NCBI GenBank assembly: GCA_963728745.1
Contig: CAVSKY010000006.1
Location: forward strand, 517,015-581,014
Length of the DNA: 64,000 nt
Reading direction: 5' to 3'
From: an uncultured Chloroflexia bacterium
GTDB taxonomy: Bacteria > Chloroflexota > Limnocylindria > Limnocylindrales > CSP1-4
Made by a program: the position numbers and the translations under genes
The notes under the pieces: generated by a model
What the model was told of the DNA's origin: nothing
Database searches by the model: none
Seen by the model: only the letters and a program-made list of their open reading frames with translations
In this document: positions 49,031 through 58,112 of the stretch, piece by piece
Numbering within the stretch: position 1 is the first letter of the stretch
Layout: the number at the start of each line of letters is the position of its first letter

Positions 49031-50281
49031 ATGCCCCTCGACGTCGAGGCGCTCCGCGCCGAGTTCCCTGCCCTTCGGCGCGAACAGGACGGCCGGCCGG
49101 TCGCGTTCCTCGACGGACCGGGCGGGACGCAGGTGCCACAGCGCGTGATCGACGCGATCACGACGTATCTCCGCGACACGAACGCCAACGCGGGCGGTGC
49201 CTTCGCGACCAGCGAAGCGTCCGACGCCATGGTCGACGACGCCCACCAGGCGGTCGCCGACTTCCTTGGCGCCGCGTCACCTGATGAGATCAAGTTCGGC
49301 TACAACATGTCGACGCTGACGCTCCACATCGGGCGCAGCATCGGAGCGACGCTGGCACCCGGCGACGAGATCGTCGTCACGACCCTGGATCACGAGGCCA
49401 ACGTCAGCACGTGGGAGGCGATGGCGGCAGATCGCGGTCTCACGGTCCGCAAGGTGGACATCCGCGAAGACGACATCACGCTCGACCTCGAAAACCTCGA
49501 GTCGAAGCTGGGCAGCCGCACGAAGCTCGTCGCCGTCGGCTACGCCAGCAACGCGGTCGGCACCATCAACCCCGTCCGCGAGATCGTCGCGCGGGCGCAC
49601 GAGGTCGGCGCGCTGGCGTACATCGATGCTGTGGCATTCGCACCGCACGGCCCGATCGATGTGCAGGCACTTGACGCTGACTTCCTCGTGTGCAGCGCAT
49701 ACAAGTGGTTCGGGCCCCACCTCGGGGCGCTGTATGGCAAAGCCGAGGTCCTCGACGGGTTGCCCGCGTTCAAGGTCCGGCCAGCACACGACCGGTTCGA
49801 GACCGGCACGGCGGCCTTCGAGTCGATCGCTGGCACCCTGGCGGCCACCGACTACCTGCGCGACCTCGGGCGACGGTTCGGCTCACCGGCGTCGATCGAC
49901 CGACGCTCCGAGCTCGTCGCGGGGATGGACGCGATCGTCGAGCACGAGCGGACGCTCATCACGCGCCTGATCGACGGTCTGGAGTCGGTGCCGGGCGTCA
50001 CGATCCACGGCATCACCGATCGGTCGCGGTTCGCCGATCGGGTGCCGACGGCCGCGATCTCGATCGACGACGTGCACCCGCGCGCTGCAGCGGTCGAGCT
50101 CGGTCGACGCGGGATCTACGTGTGGGATGGCGATTTCTACGCGACCGGACTGATCGAGCGGCTCGGCAAGGCGGCGACCGGTGGCGTCCTCCGGCTGGGG
50201 CTCGTCCACTACAACACGGTCGGCGAGGTGGATCGCACGCTCGAGGCGGTCGAGTCGATCGCTGCGGCCGCGGTCGTGTGA
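49031..50281 (+). CDS. Class V aminotransferase / cysteine desulfurase-family protein
   Basis: PLP-lysine context FLVCSAYKWFGPHLGALYG and a SufS/CsdA-like fold. Confidence 0.75.
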   Translation: MPLDVEALRAEFPALRREQDGRPVAFLDGPGGTQVPQRVIDAITTYLRDTNANAGGAFATSEASDAMVDDAHQAVADFLGAASPDEIKFGYNMSTLTLHIGRSIGATLAPGDEIVVTTLDHEANVSTWEAMAADRGLTVRKVDIREDDITLDLENLESKLGSRTKLVAVGYASNAVGTINPVREIVARAHEVGALAYIDAVAFAPHGPIDVQALDADFLVCSAYKWFGPHLGALYGKAEVLDGLPAFKVRPAHDRFETGTAAFESIAGTLAATDYLRDLGRRFGSPASIDRRSELVAGMDAIVEHERTLITRLIDGLESVPGVTIHGITDRSRFADRVPTAAISIDDVHPRAAAVELGRRGIYVWDGDFYATGLIERLGKAATGGVLRLGLVHYNTVGEVDRTLEAVESIAAAAVV

Positions 50282-50308
50282 CCGCTTCGCGAGTCCTAGG
50301 ATGCGCAT

Positions 50309-51772
50309 ATGCGCCGTATCCCAGAATCGGCTCGTATCGTCTCGGTCGGCCTTCTTGGCGCGGCACTCGCTGCGTGCGGTCCCAGCAGCGGGACGCCGAC
50401 GCCGCTGCTATCCGGTGAGCCGCCCACCACGCGGATCCCCGTCATCGTCGACGTCGACTTCGACCACAGCGACATCGCCGCGCTCCTCATCCTGCTCGGC
50501 GACCCGGCGATCGAGGTCCGCGCGATCACCATCGCCGGCACCGGCCTCGTGCACTGCCAGAGCGGGCGCCTCGTCACGCGCTACCTGCTCGACGAGCTCG
50601 GGGCCCCGGACATCCCGTTCGGCTGCGGACGGGAGGCCGGTGGTCCGGATGCGCATCCATTCCCCGATGCATGGCGCGCACTCGCGGATGACGCCTACGG
50701 CCTCGACATCCCGCCTACCGCCGAGCCCGGGGTCCCGCTCGACGCGGCCGGGCTGATCGCCGAGACGGTCGACTCGAGTCCGAGCGCGCCGACCGTCGTG
50801 ACCCTCGGCCCGCTGACGAACCTCGAGGACGCGTTCGCTGCCGATCCCACCCTCGCGGATCGGATCGCGGGCATCCACGCGATGCTGGGCTCGGTCGACG
50901 CGCCGGGCAACGTCCTGATCGACGGCCTCGACGAGACCGATCGTCTCGAGTGGAATGCATACGCCGACCCATCCGCGGTCGATGCCGTCTTCGCGACGGA
51001 CGTCCCGATCTCGATCGTGCCGCTCGATGCGACCGATGATGTGCCGGTCCCCCTGGACTTGCCGGAGCGGCTCGCGAGCGACCATCAGGCCGGCGCAGCT
51101 GACCTGATGTACGAGTTGCTCGTCCGATACCCGGATCGGATGCGCGTCGAGTTCGGACAGCAGCTGTGGGACGAGCTGGCGGCGCTTACCCTGACCGATC
51201 CGGACCTGGCGACGTGGGAGGAAGGGCTGCTCCTGCCCGAAGCGGATGGCCGGCTGACCCGGGACGAGGCAGGAAGGACGGTCCGGTTCGCGACCGCCGC
51301 GGACCGCGTCGCGGTGGAAGAGGCGCTCCTGACGTCGCTGCGGCGCGGTGGGCCGCGGGCGACGCCGTTCCGCCTGGCCGGGACCTTGGCCGTGTCGTTC
51401 GACGGGACGACATGCTCACTGCGCGGCGAGTCCAACGAGACCGGCGTGCACCTCGTCGACTATCGCGGCCCAGCCGATGGAGCATCGGGCGTGACGATCG
51501 CCGGCGTTCGGCCACCGAACCGCTGGGAGCAGCTCCTGGCACTGCTCCCGACGATCGACATCGAGGCCCAGCCACCCGATTGGGTGGTCGTCGGTCCGAT
51601 CGCCGAGGACGTCGAGGGGACTGGGCGATCGGTCACCGCCGCCGGTGATCTCGAGGAAGCGATCTATGGGCCGTTCTGCTTCCGCGGCAGGTTCCCGGAC
51701 ATCACCTTCACGCCGGGGATCCCGTTCCAGCCCGGGGCCGGTGAGCTCGGCGCTCCCGCCGCTTCTCGGTGA
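50309..51772 (+). CDS. Nucleoside hydrolase (IU-NH family) lipoprotein with C-terminal extension
   Basis: Lipobox LLGAALAACG. Ca-binding DxDxxxDD-type motif VIVDVDFDHSDIAALL. Confidence 0.7.
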   Translation: MRRIPESARIVSVGLLGAALAACGPSSGTPTPLLSGEPPTTRIPVIVDVDFDHSDIAALLILLGDPAIEVRAITIAGTGLVHCQSGRLVTRYLLDELGAPDIPFGCGREAGGPDAHPFPDAWRALADDAYGLDIPPTAEPGVPLDAAGLIAETVDSSPSAPTVVTLGPLTNLEDAFAADPTLADRIAGIHAMLGSVDAPGNVLIDGLDETDRLEWNAYADPSAVDAVFATDVPISIVPLDATDDVPVPLDLPERLASDHQAGAADLMYELLVRYPDRMRVEFGQQLWDELAALTLTDPDLATWEEGLLLPEADGRLTRDEAGRTVRFATAADRVAVEEALLTSLRRGGPRATPFRLAGTLAVSFDGTTCSLRGESNETGVHLVDYRGPADGASGVTIAGVRPPNRWEQLLALLPTIDIEAQPPDWVVVGPIAEDVEGTGRSVTAAGDLEEAIYGPFCFRGRFPDITFTPGIPFQPGAGELGAPAASR

Positions 51773-53220
51773 CGGCGCCCGGCCGACCTGCACTCGATGC
51801 GATCGTCGTCGGTTCCGGGCCGAACGGTCTTGCCGCGGCGCTGACGCTGGCGCGTGCCGGGCGCTCGGTCCGGATCTACGAAGGCGCGCCGACGATCGGC
51901 GGCGGCACCCGGACCGAGGCGCTGACGCTCCCCGGGTTTCGCCACGACGTGTGTTCCACGATCGTGCCGCTCGCTGTGGCGTCGCCGTTCTTCCGCACCG
52001 TCGATTGGTCGGCGCTGGGCGTCGAGTTCGCGCACCCGGACGCACCGGTCGCCCACGCGCTCGATGGCGGACGCGCCGTCATCCTCGAGCGCTCGTTCAT
52101 CGCGACTGCAGCCGGCCTGGATCCTGATCGCCGGACCGACGATGGGTCCGCCTGGCGCCGCATGTTCGGACCATTGGCGCGGGATGCCGAGAAGCTCGGG
52201 CGGGAGCTGCTTCGCCCCGTCATCCACCCGCCGCGCCATCCCCTCGCGCTGGCGCGCTTCGGGACGCTCGCGCTCAGATCGGCGAGCGGGCTCGCCCGGA
52301 GTCGCTTTCGCGGCGAGCCAGCGCGGGCGCTGTTCGCGGGGCTTGCCGCACATGGCATGGTCGCGCTTGACCGGCCGCTGTCGGCGTCCTTCGGCCTCGT
52401 CCTCGGGACCTACGCCCACGCCGTCGGCTGGCCGATGGTCCGCGGCGGCTCGATGGCCATCGCCGGGGCGCTCGCGAACGAGATCCGCCGGCTCGGCGGT
52501 GAGATCGTCACGGATCAGACGGTCTCGCTGCTGGATGACCTCCCCGAGTCCCGCGTCGTCCTGCTCGACACGACACCACGAGCGGCGATGGCTATCGCCG
52601 GCGATCACTTGCCTGAGCGCACGAGGCACCGGTACGCCCGATATCGCTACGGCGCCGGCGTCTTCAAGGTCGATTGGGCACTCGACGGTCCCATCCCCTG
52701 GACCGCGGACGGCCTGCGTCGCGCCGCGACCGTGCACCTGGGAGGCCCGCTCGACGAGGTCGTGCGATCGGAGCGGCAGGTCGCCGCCGGCCGCCCGCCG
52801 GACCGTCCGTTCACGCTCCTCGCCCAGTACCACCCGTGGGATCCGTCGCGAGCGCCGGCCGGGAAGACGACGGCCTGGGCGTACTGCCACGTCCCAGGCG
52901 GGTCGGACGTCGACATGACCGACCGCATCGAGGCCCAGGTCGAGCGGTTCGCACCCGGGTTCCGCGACCGCATCCTCGGACGCGCGACACGCTCGCCGGC
53001 CCAGCTGGAGGCGTACGACCCGAACTACATCGGCGGTGACATCAACGCGGGGATCTCGGACATCCGCCAGATCGTGTTCCGGCCGACCGTCGCCCTCGAT
53101 CCGTACCACGCCGGACCGGGGCTGTACCTGTGCTCGTCATCGACGCCGCCCGGCGGGGGTGTCCATGGCATGAGCGGTCATCTGGCCGCCCGATCTGCCC
53201 TCCGGCGCGACCTCCGATGA
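51769..53220 (+). CDS. Phytoene desaturase-family FAD/NAD(P)-binding oxidoreductase (CrtI/amine oxidase-like)
   Basis: DAIVVGSGPNGLAAALTLARAGRSVRIYE dinucleotide-binding motif. Length and C-terminal motifs match the CrtI family. Confidence 0.8.
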   Translation: MTAPGRPALDAIVVGSGPNGLAAALTLARAGRSVRIYEGAPTIGGGTRTEALTLPGFRHDVCSTIVPLAVASPFFRTVDWSALGVEFAHPDAPVAHALDGGRAVILERSFIATAAGLDPDRRTDDGSAWRRMFGPLARDAEKLGRELLRPVIHPPRHPLALARFGTLALRSASGLARSRFRGEPARALFAGLAAHGMVALDRPLSASFGLVLGTYAHAVGWPMVRGGSMAIAGALANEIRRLGGEIVTDQTVSLLDDLPESRVVLLDTTPRAAMAIAGDHLPERTRHRYARYRYGAGVFKVDWALDGPIPWTADGLRRAATVHLGGPLDEVVRSERQVAAGRPPDRPFTLLAQYHPWDPSRAPAGKTTAWAYCHVPGGSDVDMTDRIEAQVERFAPGFRDRILGRATRSPAQLEAYDPNYIGGDINAGISDIRQIVFRPTVALDPYHAGPGLYLCSSSTPPGGGVHGMSGHLAARSALRRDLR

Positions 53221-53258
53221 TCGCCCCAGCAGGAAGCCGGACGTCACAAGTCGTGGCG

Positions 53259-53322
53259 ACAGACCTCGGGGCGGGCGTCAGACCTCGGGGCGTCAGCCCT
53301 CGGGCGGTCAGCCCTCAGGCGG
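53259..53322. repeat. Four tandem imperfect ~15-nt direct repeats (G)TCAG(A/C)CCTC(G/A)GGCG(G)
   Basis: Seen directly: cagacctcggggcg / gtcagacctcggggcg / tcagccctcgggcgg / tcagccctcaggcgg. Located in a 387-bp convergent intergenic region. Confidence 0.6.
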
Positions 53323-53332
53323 TGCCGGACTG

Positions 53333-53469
53333 TGCTTCTCAGACTGCAGATCCCGGCTGGACGCGTACCTCAGACCCGTCTTGGCCCCCGAGCGTGCATG
53401 GCAGGCACGATCTGGTGACGACGGACCCACTCAGGCGGCCTTCGACCGGCTCCTGCAGTCCAGGAAGCA
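53333..53469. ncRNA. Copy A of a ~137-nt conserved structured element (candidate ncRNA or cis-regulatory RNA); strand unresolved
   Basis: Shares conserved blocks with 59187..59322: TGCTTCTCAGnCTGCAGATC, C(C/G)GAGCGTGCAyGGCAGGCACG, TCCTGCAGTCCAGGAAGCA. The terminal arms TGCTTC/GAAGCA and CTGCAG can pair as a closing helix. The central hairpin is CGTGC-AYGGCAG-GCACG. Spacers are equal-length but divergent (35 and 43 nt). Confidence 0.5.
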
Positions 53470-53607
53470 CACGGCCGTGATGCGTCAGAACTCGGCGAAC
53501 CGTGGCGCTCGACCGGTCTCACCGGCTGGCGAGGTCTTTCGCGACATCGCCCGGGGCGGGTTCGTCGGCATCATCGTGCCGCGCGTGCTCGGCACGGCAG
53601 GGATCCG

Positions 53608-54300
53608 CTAGGCGTCCTCGCCGCCGACCTCGCGCCTGAGCCACCAGCCAAGCCACAGCGCCCCGATCGCGGGGATCGTCATCCAGATCAACAGGATGAT
53701 CGCGAGGATCGTCGCGCTCGCCCGCAGGTCGGCGAAGCCGTCCTCCACGACGCCCCCGCGCAGGTCCTCGGCAACCAGGCCGAGTCGCTGGCCCAACGCG
53801 GCCAGCGACGTGGCATTGGTGAGGAGGGCGGCCCGATTGCTCTCCAGGTCCGTAGCGATGACATCGAGCTGGGTATCGATGCCGTCGAGGTTCGTGGCCA
53901 TGCGGCCGAATGCTTCAGCCACGCCGCCGAGGGGCCGTCGGCCGAGGATCTCGATCTGCGAGAACTGGTCCTCGGCGGCCCGCAGATCCGCTCGGACGTC
54001 GGCGATCGCCTGGGCGGTCTGGCGTACGACCGGCGGCGTACGTTCCATGGTCCCCGAGAAGGACGTGGCCGAGGTCCCGGCGTCGCTGAGGGCCGTCGAC
54101 GTACGGTCGAGCGTCTCCACGACCGAGGCGATCTGGGTATCGACGCGTCCGCCGACCGCGGACAACCGCCCACCGGCCCACGCCAGGGCGATGGCAGCGA
54201 CGACTGCGAGCGCGATCCCGGTCAGGCCGTAGGCGATGAGTCCCGTCGCCAATCGGCGCAACCCGGATCGCAGGGACCGGGGCGCCGGCCCGTCCGTCAC
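53608..54300 (-). CDS. Hypothetical membrane protein with central coiled-coil/HAMP-like region (N- and C-terminal TM helices)
   Basis: TM at LIAYGLTGIALAVVAAIALAWAG and ILAIILLIWMTIPAIGALWLGWWL. It is the last gene of the pdxS-led operon, with 4-nt overlap. Confidence 0.5.
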   Translation of the reverse strand: MTDGPAPRSLRSGLRRLATGLIAYGLTGIALAVVAAIALAWAGGRLSAVGGRVDTQIASVVETLDRTSTALSDAGTSATSFSGTMERTPPVVRQTAQAIADVRADLRAAEDQFSQIEILGRRPLGGVAEAFGRMATNLDGIDTQLDVIATDLESNRAALLTNATSLAALGQRLGLVAEDLRGGVVEDGFADLRASATILAIILLIWMTIPAIGALWLGWWLRREVGGEDA

Positions 54301-56372
54301 CGCCAGGTGCTACGAGCGGCGTCCGGGTAGAGGCGGACCCGCCGGAACGGCTCGCGACCACGCGACCGCGAGACGAGGTTGGCCCGCTCTGCCATCTGAT
54401 GCTGGAGACGTCGGATGTAGGCGTTCTGCGGCGACAGCTCGACGGCCTCGGACGATGTGAGGACGACCTCGATGGCGTCCTCCGTCTCGCGCAGCGCCGC
54501 CTCGCGTGGGTCGATCTCGAGGGAGAAGATCGAGGTCAGGCTCGATTGCATCTGGGGGATGGTGTTGCTCTTGAGGACATAGATGGGCATCGCCCGGTCC
54601 TCCGCCTCGCGGAGCAGCGGCGTCTTCTGCTTGTACTCGTTCTTGAGCGTCATCACGACGTCGGCCTCGTCGACGTCGCGGGCGATGACGACGGGCAAGC
54701 CAAGGTCGCGGACCGCCTGCTCGAGGCGCTTGCGGCTGATGCCCTGGGGCATGACCCGCAACGTCGGCAACGGCGCTCCACCGGGCTCCAGCACGGTCTC
54801 GCCGCGCTCGCCCTCCACGGCTCCGAGGGGCAGCGACGCCAGCTCGTCGGACGGCTCGAGATCGTCGGCGTTGACGGGTGCCGTGCCTTCATCGGCCTTG
54901 TAGGACTGCATCGCGCGTGACGCCTGGTCGAGCCATGCTTTCTGCCGCTCGAGCTCGCGCGCCTCGCGGGCACGCGTCTCGAGGGCCGTCGCACCACCTC
55001 GCTCGAGAGGCCCGCGGTCGGCGATCTCGCCGGCCACGAACGGCTCCTCGCCGGACCGGCCGGCGATCCGCTCGCCTGGCATGACGGTGCCGCCGGCGCT
55101 CGACAACGGTCCGCGTGGCGCGGATTCGCGCCCCGGCCCACCACGCGCCTGCCGCCAGCCACCGGATGCGCCGGGCCGGTAGCCCGGCCGGAACCCGCCA
55201 CGCTCCGCCTCGCGGAAGCCTCCGGCCGAGCGACCGGATCCGTCGCCCCGCCAGCCGGGTTCCATGCGCCATGGCGACCCGCCACCGACGAGGCCGGCGA
55301 ACCGCTCCGCGCCGAGCTGCTCGCGAGGCGACGGCCGGGGCCGGCCCTGCGATCGGTGGACGCCCTCCTCGTCGCGCCAACGCAACTCCGGCGCGACGGC
55401 GTCGCCGCGCAGGAGCGCGTCGACTGTCTCGGCGACGTCGCTGTGGACGGCCACCCGCTCGCGGTCCTGGATCTCGACGATCACGTCGAAGGTCGGCGGT
55501 GCCTTGCGCTCGAGCACGCTCTTCTGGGTCCGCCGGCGACGCGCCTCCTCGTCCCCGAGCGTCACGCTCTGGATGCCGCCGATGAGGTCCGACAGCGTGG
55601 GGTTGAGCATCAGGTTGTCGAGGTTGTTGCCGTGCGCCGTGCCGATCAGCTGGACGCCGCGCTCGGCGATGGTTCGTGCCGCGGCGGCTTCGAGCTCCGT
55701 GCCGATCTCGTCGATGACGATGACCTGCGGCATGTGGTTCTCGACCGCCTCGATCATGACCTCGTGCTGCATCGACGGGGTGCGGACCTGCATCCGGCGC
55801 GCCTTGCCGATGGCCGGATGGGCGATGTCGCCATCGCCGGCGATCTCGTTCGAGGTGTCGACCACGACGACGCGCTTGCCAAGGTCGTCGGCCAGCACCC
55901 GCGCAGCTTCGCGCAGCATCGTGGTCTTTCCGATGCCGGGGCGGCCCATGATGAGGATCGACTTCCCGGTCTCGACGAAGTCCTGGATGATCTCGATCGT
56001 CCCGTAGACCGCGCGCCCGACCCGGCAGGTCAGACCGACGACCTTGCCATTCCGGTTGCGGATCGCGCTGATCCGGTGGAGCGTCCGCTCGATGCCGGCC
56101 CGGTTGTCATCGCCGAACGAGCCGATGTGGTCGATCACGAAGGCGATGTCGGTCTCGTCGATCTCGCGCTCGAGCAAGCTCACTTCTGCGTCGGGGAAGC
56201 GGCCCTCGGGTCGGCGGCCAAGGTCGAGCACGACCTCGATCAGCGCCTCGCGGTCCGGCAGCGCGTGCACCGCGTCGACGATCTCCGGCGGCAGCGATGA
56301 CAGCATCGCATCGAGATCGTCGATGGTTTCGCGCTGGCGTTCCATGGAACCCACGCTGGCCTCCGTTTCCAC
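54297..56372 (-). CDS. AAA-family ATPase with C-terminal R3H nucleic-acid-binding domain (Ycf45/SpoIIIAA-like)
   Basis: Walker A GRPGIGKTTMLRE, Walker B VIVIDEIG, a Gly/Arg-rich linker, and a C-terminal R3H-like region (…VIARDVDEADVVMTLKNEYK…). Confidence 0.7.
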   Translation of the reverse strand: METEASVGSMERQRETIDDLDAMLSSLPPEIVDAVHALPDREALIEVVLDLGRRPEGRFPDAEVSLLEREIDETDIAFVIDHIGSFGDDNRAGIERTLHRISAIRNRNGKVVGLTCRVGRAVYGTIEIIQDFVETGKSILIMGRPGIGKTTMLREAARVLADDLGKRVVVVDTSNEIAGDGDIAHPAIGKARRMQVRTPSMQHEVMIEAVENHMPQVIVIDEIGTELEAAAARTIAERGVQLIGTAHGNNLDNLMLNPTLSDLIGGIQSVTLGDEEARRRRTQKSVLERKAPPTFDVIVEIQDRERVAVHSDVAETVDALLRGDAVAPELRWRDEEGVHRSQGRPRPSPREQLGAERFAGLVGGGSPWRMEPGWRGDGSGRSAGGFREAERGGFRPGYRPGASGGWRQARGGPGRESAPRGPLSSAGGTVMPGERIAGRSGEEPFVAGEIADRGPLERGGATALETRAREARELERQKAWLDQASRAMQSYKADEGTAPVNADDLEPSDELASLPLGAVEGERGETVLEPGGAPLPTLRVMPQGISRKRLEQAVRDLGLPVVIARDVDEADVVMTLKNEYKQKTPLLREAEDRAMPIYVLKSNTIPQMQSSLTSIFSLEIDPREAALRETEDAIEVVLTSSEAVELSPQNAYIRRLQHQMAERANLVSRSRGREPFRRVRLYPDAARSTWR

Positions 56373-56373
56373 G

Positions 56374-57438
56374 CTATCGGACGCCCGCCGGCACGAGTGC
56401 CGGTTCGGCGACCCGGACGAGGGTCTCCTTCATGAGCAGCGTGACGCTGGCGATCGATCCGAAGGCGACATCCTCCAGGCGCCGGTCGACTGGCCCCTCA
56501 TAGGTTCGCACGGGTGCGATGACGCCGTGGTCGTGTCGATGCTCGCCACCCTTCGTCGTGCGTGCCTCGATGATGCCGAGCCCGAACTCGATGAGCGCCG
56601 TCGGATCGGCGTCCGGCCTTGCGAGCACCTTTAAGTAATGCGGCTGGTCCTCCTTTGCGACGCCGACCTGGATGAACCCGTCGAGCTCGGTGCCATCCTT
56701 GCCGCCACCGGGGGCGTGCTGCACGAATGCCTCGATGTCGGCGAAGCGCAGGATCGGCGCAAGGCTCGAGCGCGGCACGCGCCAGTGGTTTCCCTGGCGC
56801 TCCCAGTCCGGGATCCGGATGGCCTCAAGCCTGGCCACGGGATTGGGCGTGACCGCGCCATACAGGCGATGGAGCGCGAGTGCGTCGACCGGCTGGGCGG
56901 CGCGGATCCGAGCGTCCGCAGCGGCCTTGTCGGTCCAGGGTTTGGGCAGCTCCCGGCCCGGCCGGAACATGATCTGCTCCTCGCCGTAGCGGATGAATCC
57001 GGCCTGCATCATCAGCTCGACGTTGCCATCGACGTCGGCGCAGGCGACATGGAAGCGCGCTGCGCCGCGTTTCGCGCCCTCGCGCAGCAGCTGGTTGACG
57101 AGCCGGTAGCGGATGTCGCCGGCATCGGCCATCCCGACGGCGTCGAGCTCCACGATCGTCCATTCGTCGCGGGTCGACTCGCGCTCGACGCGCAGAAGCC
57201 CGGCGATCCGGCCGTCCTCCTCGTAGACGTACAACAGATCGTTCGGGCGGAACGCGCCGAGCGGCAGGCGGAACAGGCTGAACACACCGATGGGTGGCCC
57301 GCTGACCGGGAGGCCCAGCGACCGCGTGGACGCGTCGTCCGACTGGCAGAGCCGCGACAGTTCGCCGAGCGCGGCGAGATCGGTCAGGCGTGCTGGGCGG
57401 ACCTTGCCCTGCTTCTTGGCCGTGCGGGTCGCGGTCAT
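56374..57438 (-). CDS. Hypothetical protein with N-terminal GNAT-like acetyltransferase fold
   Basis: …LYVYEEDGRIAGLLRVE…IVELDAVGMADAGDIRYRLVNQLLREGAKRGAARFHV… Tightly coupled (1-nt gap and 4-nt overlap) to its neighbours. Confidence 0.5.
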   Translation of the reverse strand: MTATRTAKKQGKVRPARLTDLAALGELSRLCQSDDASTRSLGLPVSGPPIGVFSLFRLPLGAFRPNDLLYVYEEDGRIAGLLRVERESTRDEWTIVELDAVGMADAGDIRYRLVNQLLREGAKRGAARFHVACADVDGNVELMMQAGFIRYGEEQIMFRPGRELPKPWTDKAAADARIRAAQPVDALALHRLYGAVTPNPVARLEAIRIPDWERQGNHWRVPRSSLAPILRFADIEAFVQHAPGGGKDGTELDGFIQVGVAKEDQPHYLKVLARPDADPTALIEFGLGIIEARTTKGGEHRHDHGVIAPVRTYEGPVDRRLEDVAFGSIASVTLLMKETLVRVAEPALVPAGVR

Positions 57439-58070
57439 CGGGGCTGTGTGCGCCGTGTCGGGTGATGCCGCCGGCCCGATCCTTCGCCCGGGTCGTCGTG
57501 CTCGGCGGCCATCGTCGCCAAGAGTCGGTGGAAGCGCGTCTCCCCGGCGAGCTCAGGATGGAAGGCCGTCGCCAGCACGTTCCGCTCGCGGACGGCCACG
57601 ATCCGGCCGTCGTCGAGCCGCGCCAGGACGTCGACATCGGGGCCCGTGTGCTCGATGACAGGGGCCCTGATGAACACGGCATGGACCGGCATCGATCCGA
57701 GGACGTCGACAGAGAGGTCCGCCTCGAACGAATCGAGCTGCCGTCCGAATGCGTTGCGCTCCACCCGGACATCGAGGAGCGGCAGGATCGGCTCCTCGTC
57801 GCCGGCGATGTCGCGGGCCAGGACGATCATCCCCGCGCATGTGCCGTAGATCGGCGCACCTGAGTGGGCAAGGTCCAGGATCGGCTGACGAAGGCCCCAG
57901 CGCTCGATCAGCTGGCGCATCGTGGTGCTCTCACCACCGGGCAGGATCAGGCCACTGACGCCATCGAGGTCGGCCGGTTCGCGTACGCGAACGCCCTCGA
58001 CGCCGATGGCGGCGAGGGTGTCGAGATGCTCTCGGAAGGCCCCCTGCAGGGCCAGGACGCCGATCTTCAC
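57435..58070 (-). CDS. pdxT: Pyridoxal 5'-phosphate synthase glutaminase subunit PdxT
   Basis: MKIGVLALQGAFREH…GTCAGMIVLA… triad motifs. Confidence 0.9.
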   Translation of the reverse strand: MKIGVLALQGAFREHLDTLAAIGVEGVRVREPADLDGVSGLILPGGESTTMRQLIERWGLRQPILDLAHSGAPIYGTCAGMIVLARDIAGDEEPILPLLDVRVERNAFGRQLDSFEADLSVDVLGSMPVHAVFIRAPVIEHTGPDVDVLARLDDGRIVAVRERNVLATAFHPELAGETRFHRLLATMAAEHDDPGEGSGRRHHPTRRTQPR

Positions 58071-58112
58071 AAGATGGATGCTACGCCGTACTGGCGCGGG
58101 ACCGCGACGTGT

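Noticed and set aside
47826-49139. 437-aa minus-strand ORF antisense to the zinc-ribbon/PA-rich protein
   Set aside because: Ala/Gly/Ser/Thr low complexity mirroring the sense-strand PA-rich tract. The sense frame has a zinc ribbon, TM helices and a conserved C-terminus.
53381-53611. 76-aa ORF inside the long convergent intergenic region
   Set aside because: Gly/Arg-rich, no SD sequence, and it overlaps the conserved RNA-like element. More likely non-coding.
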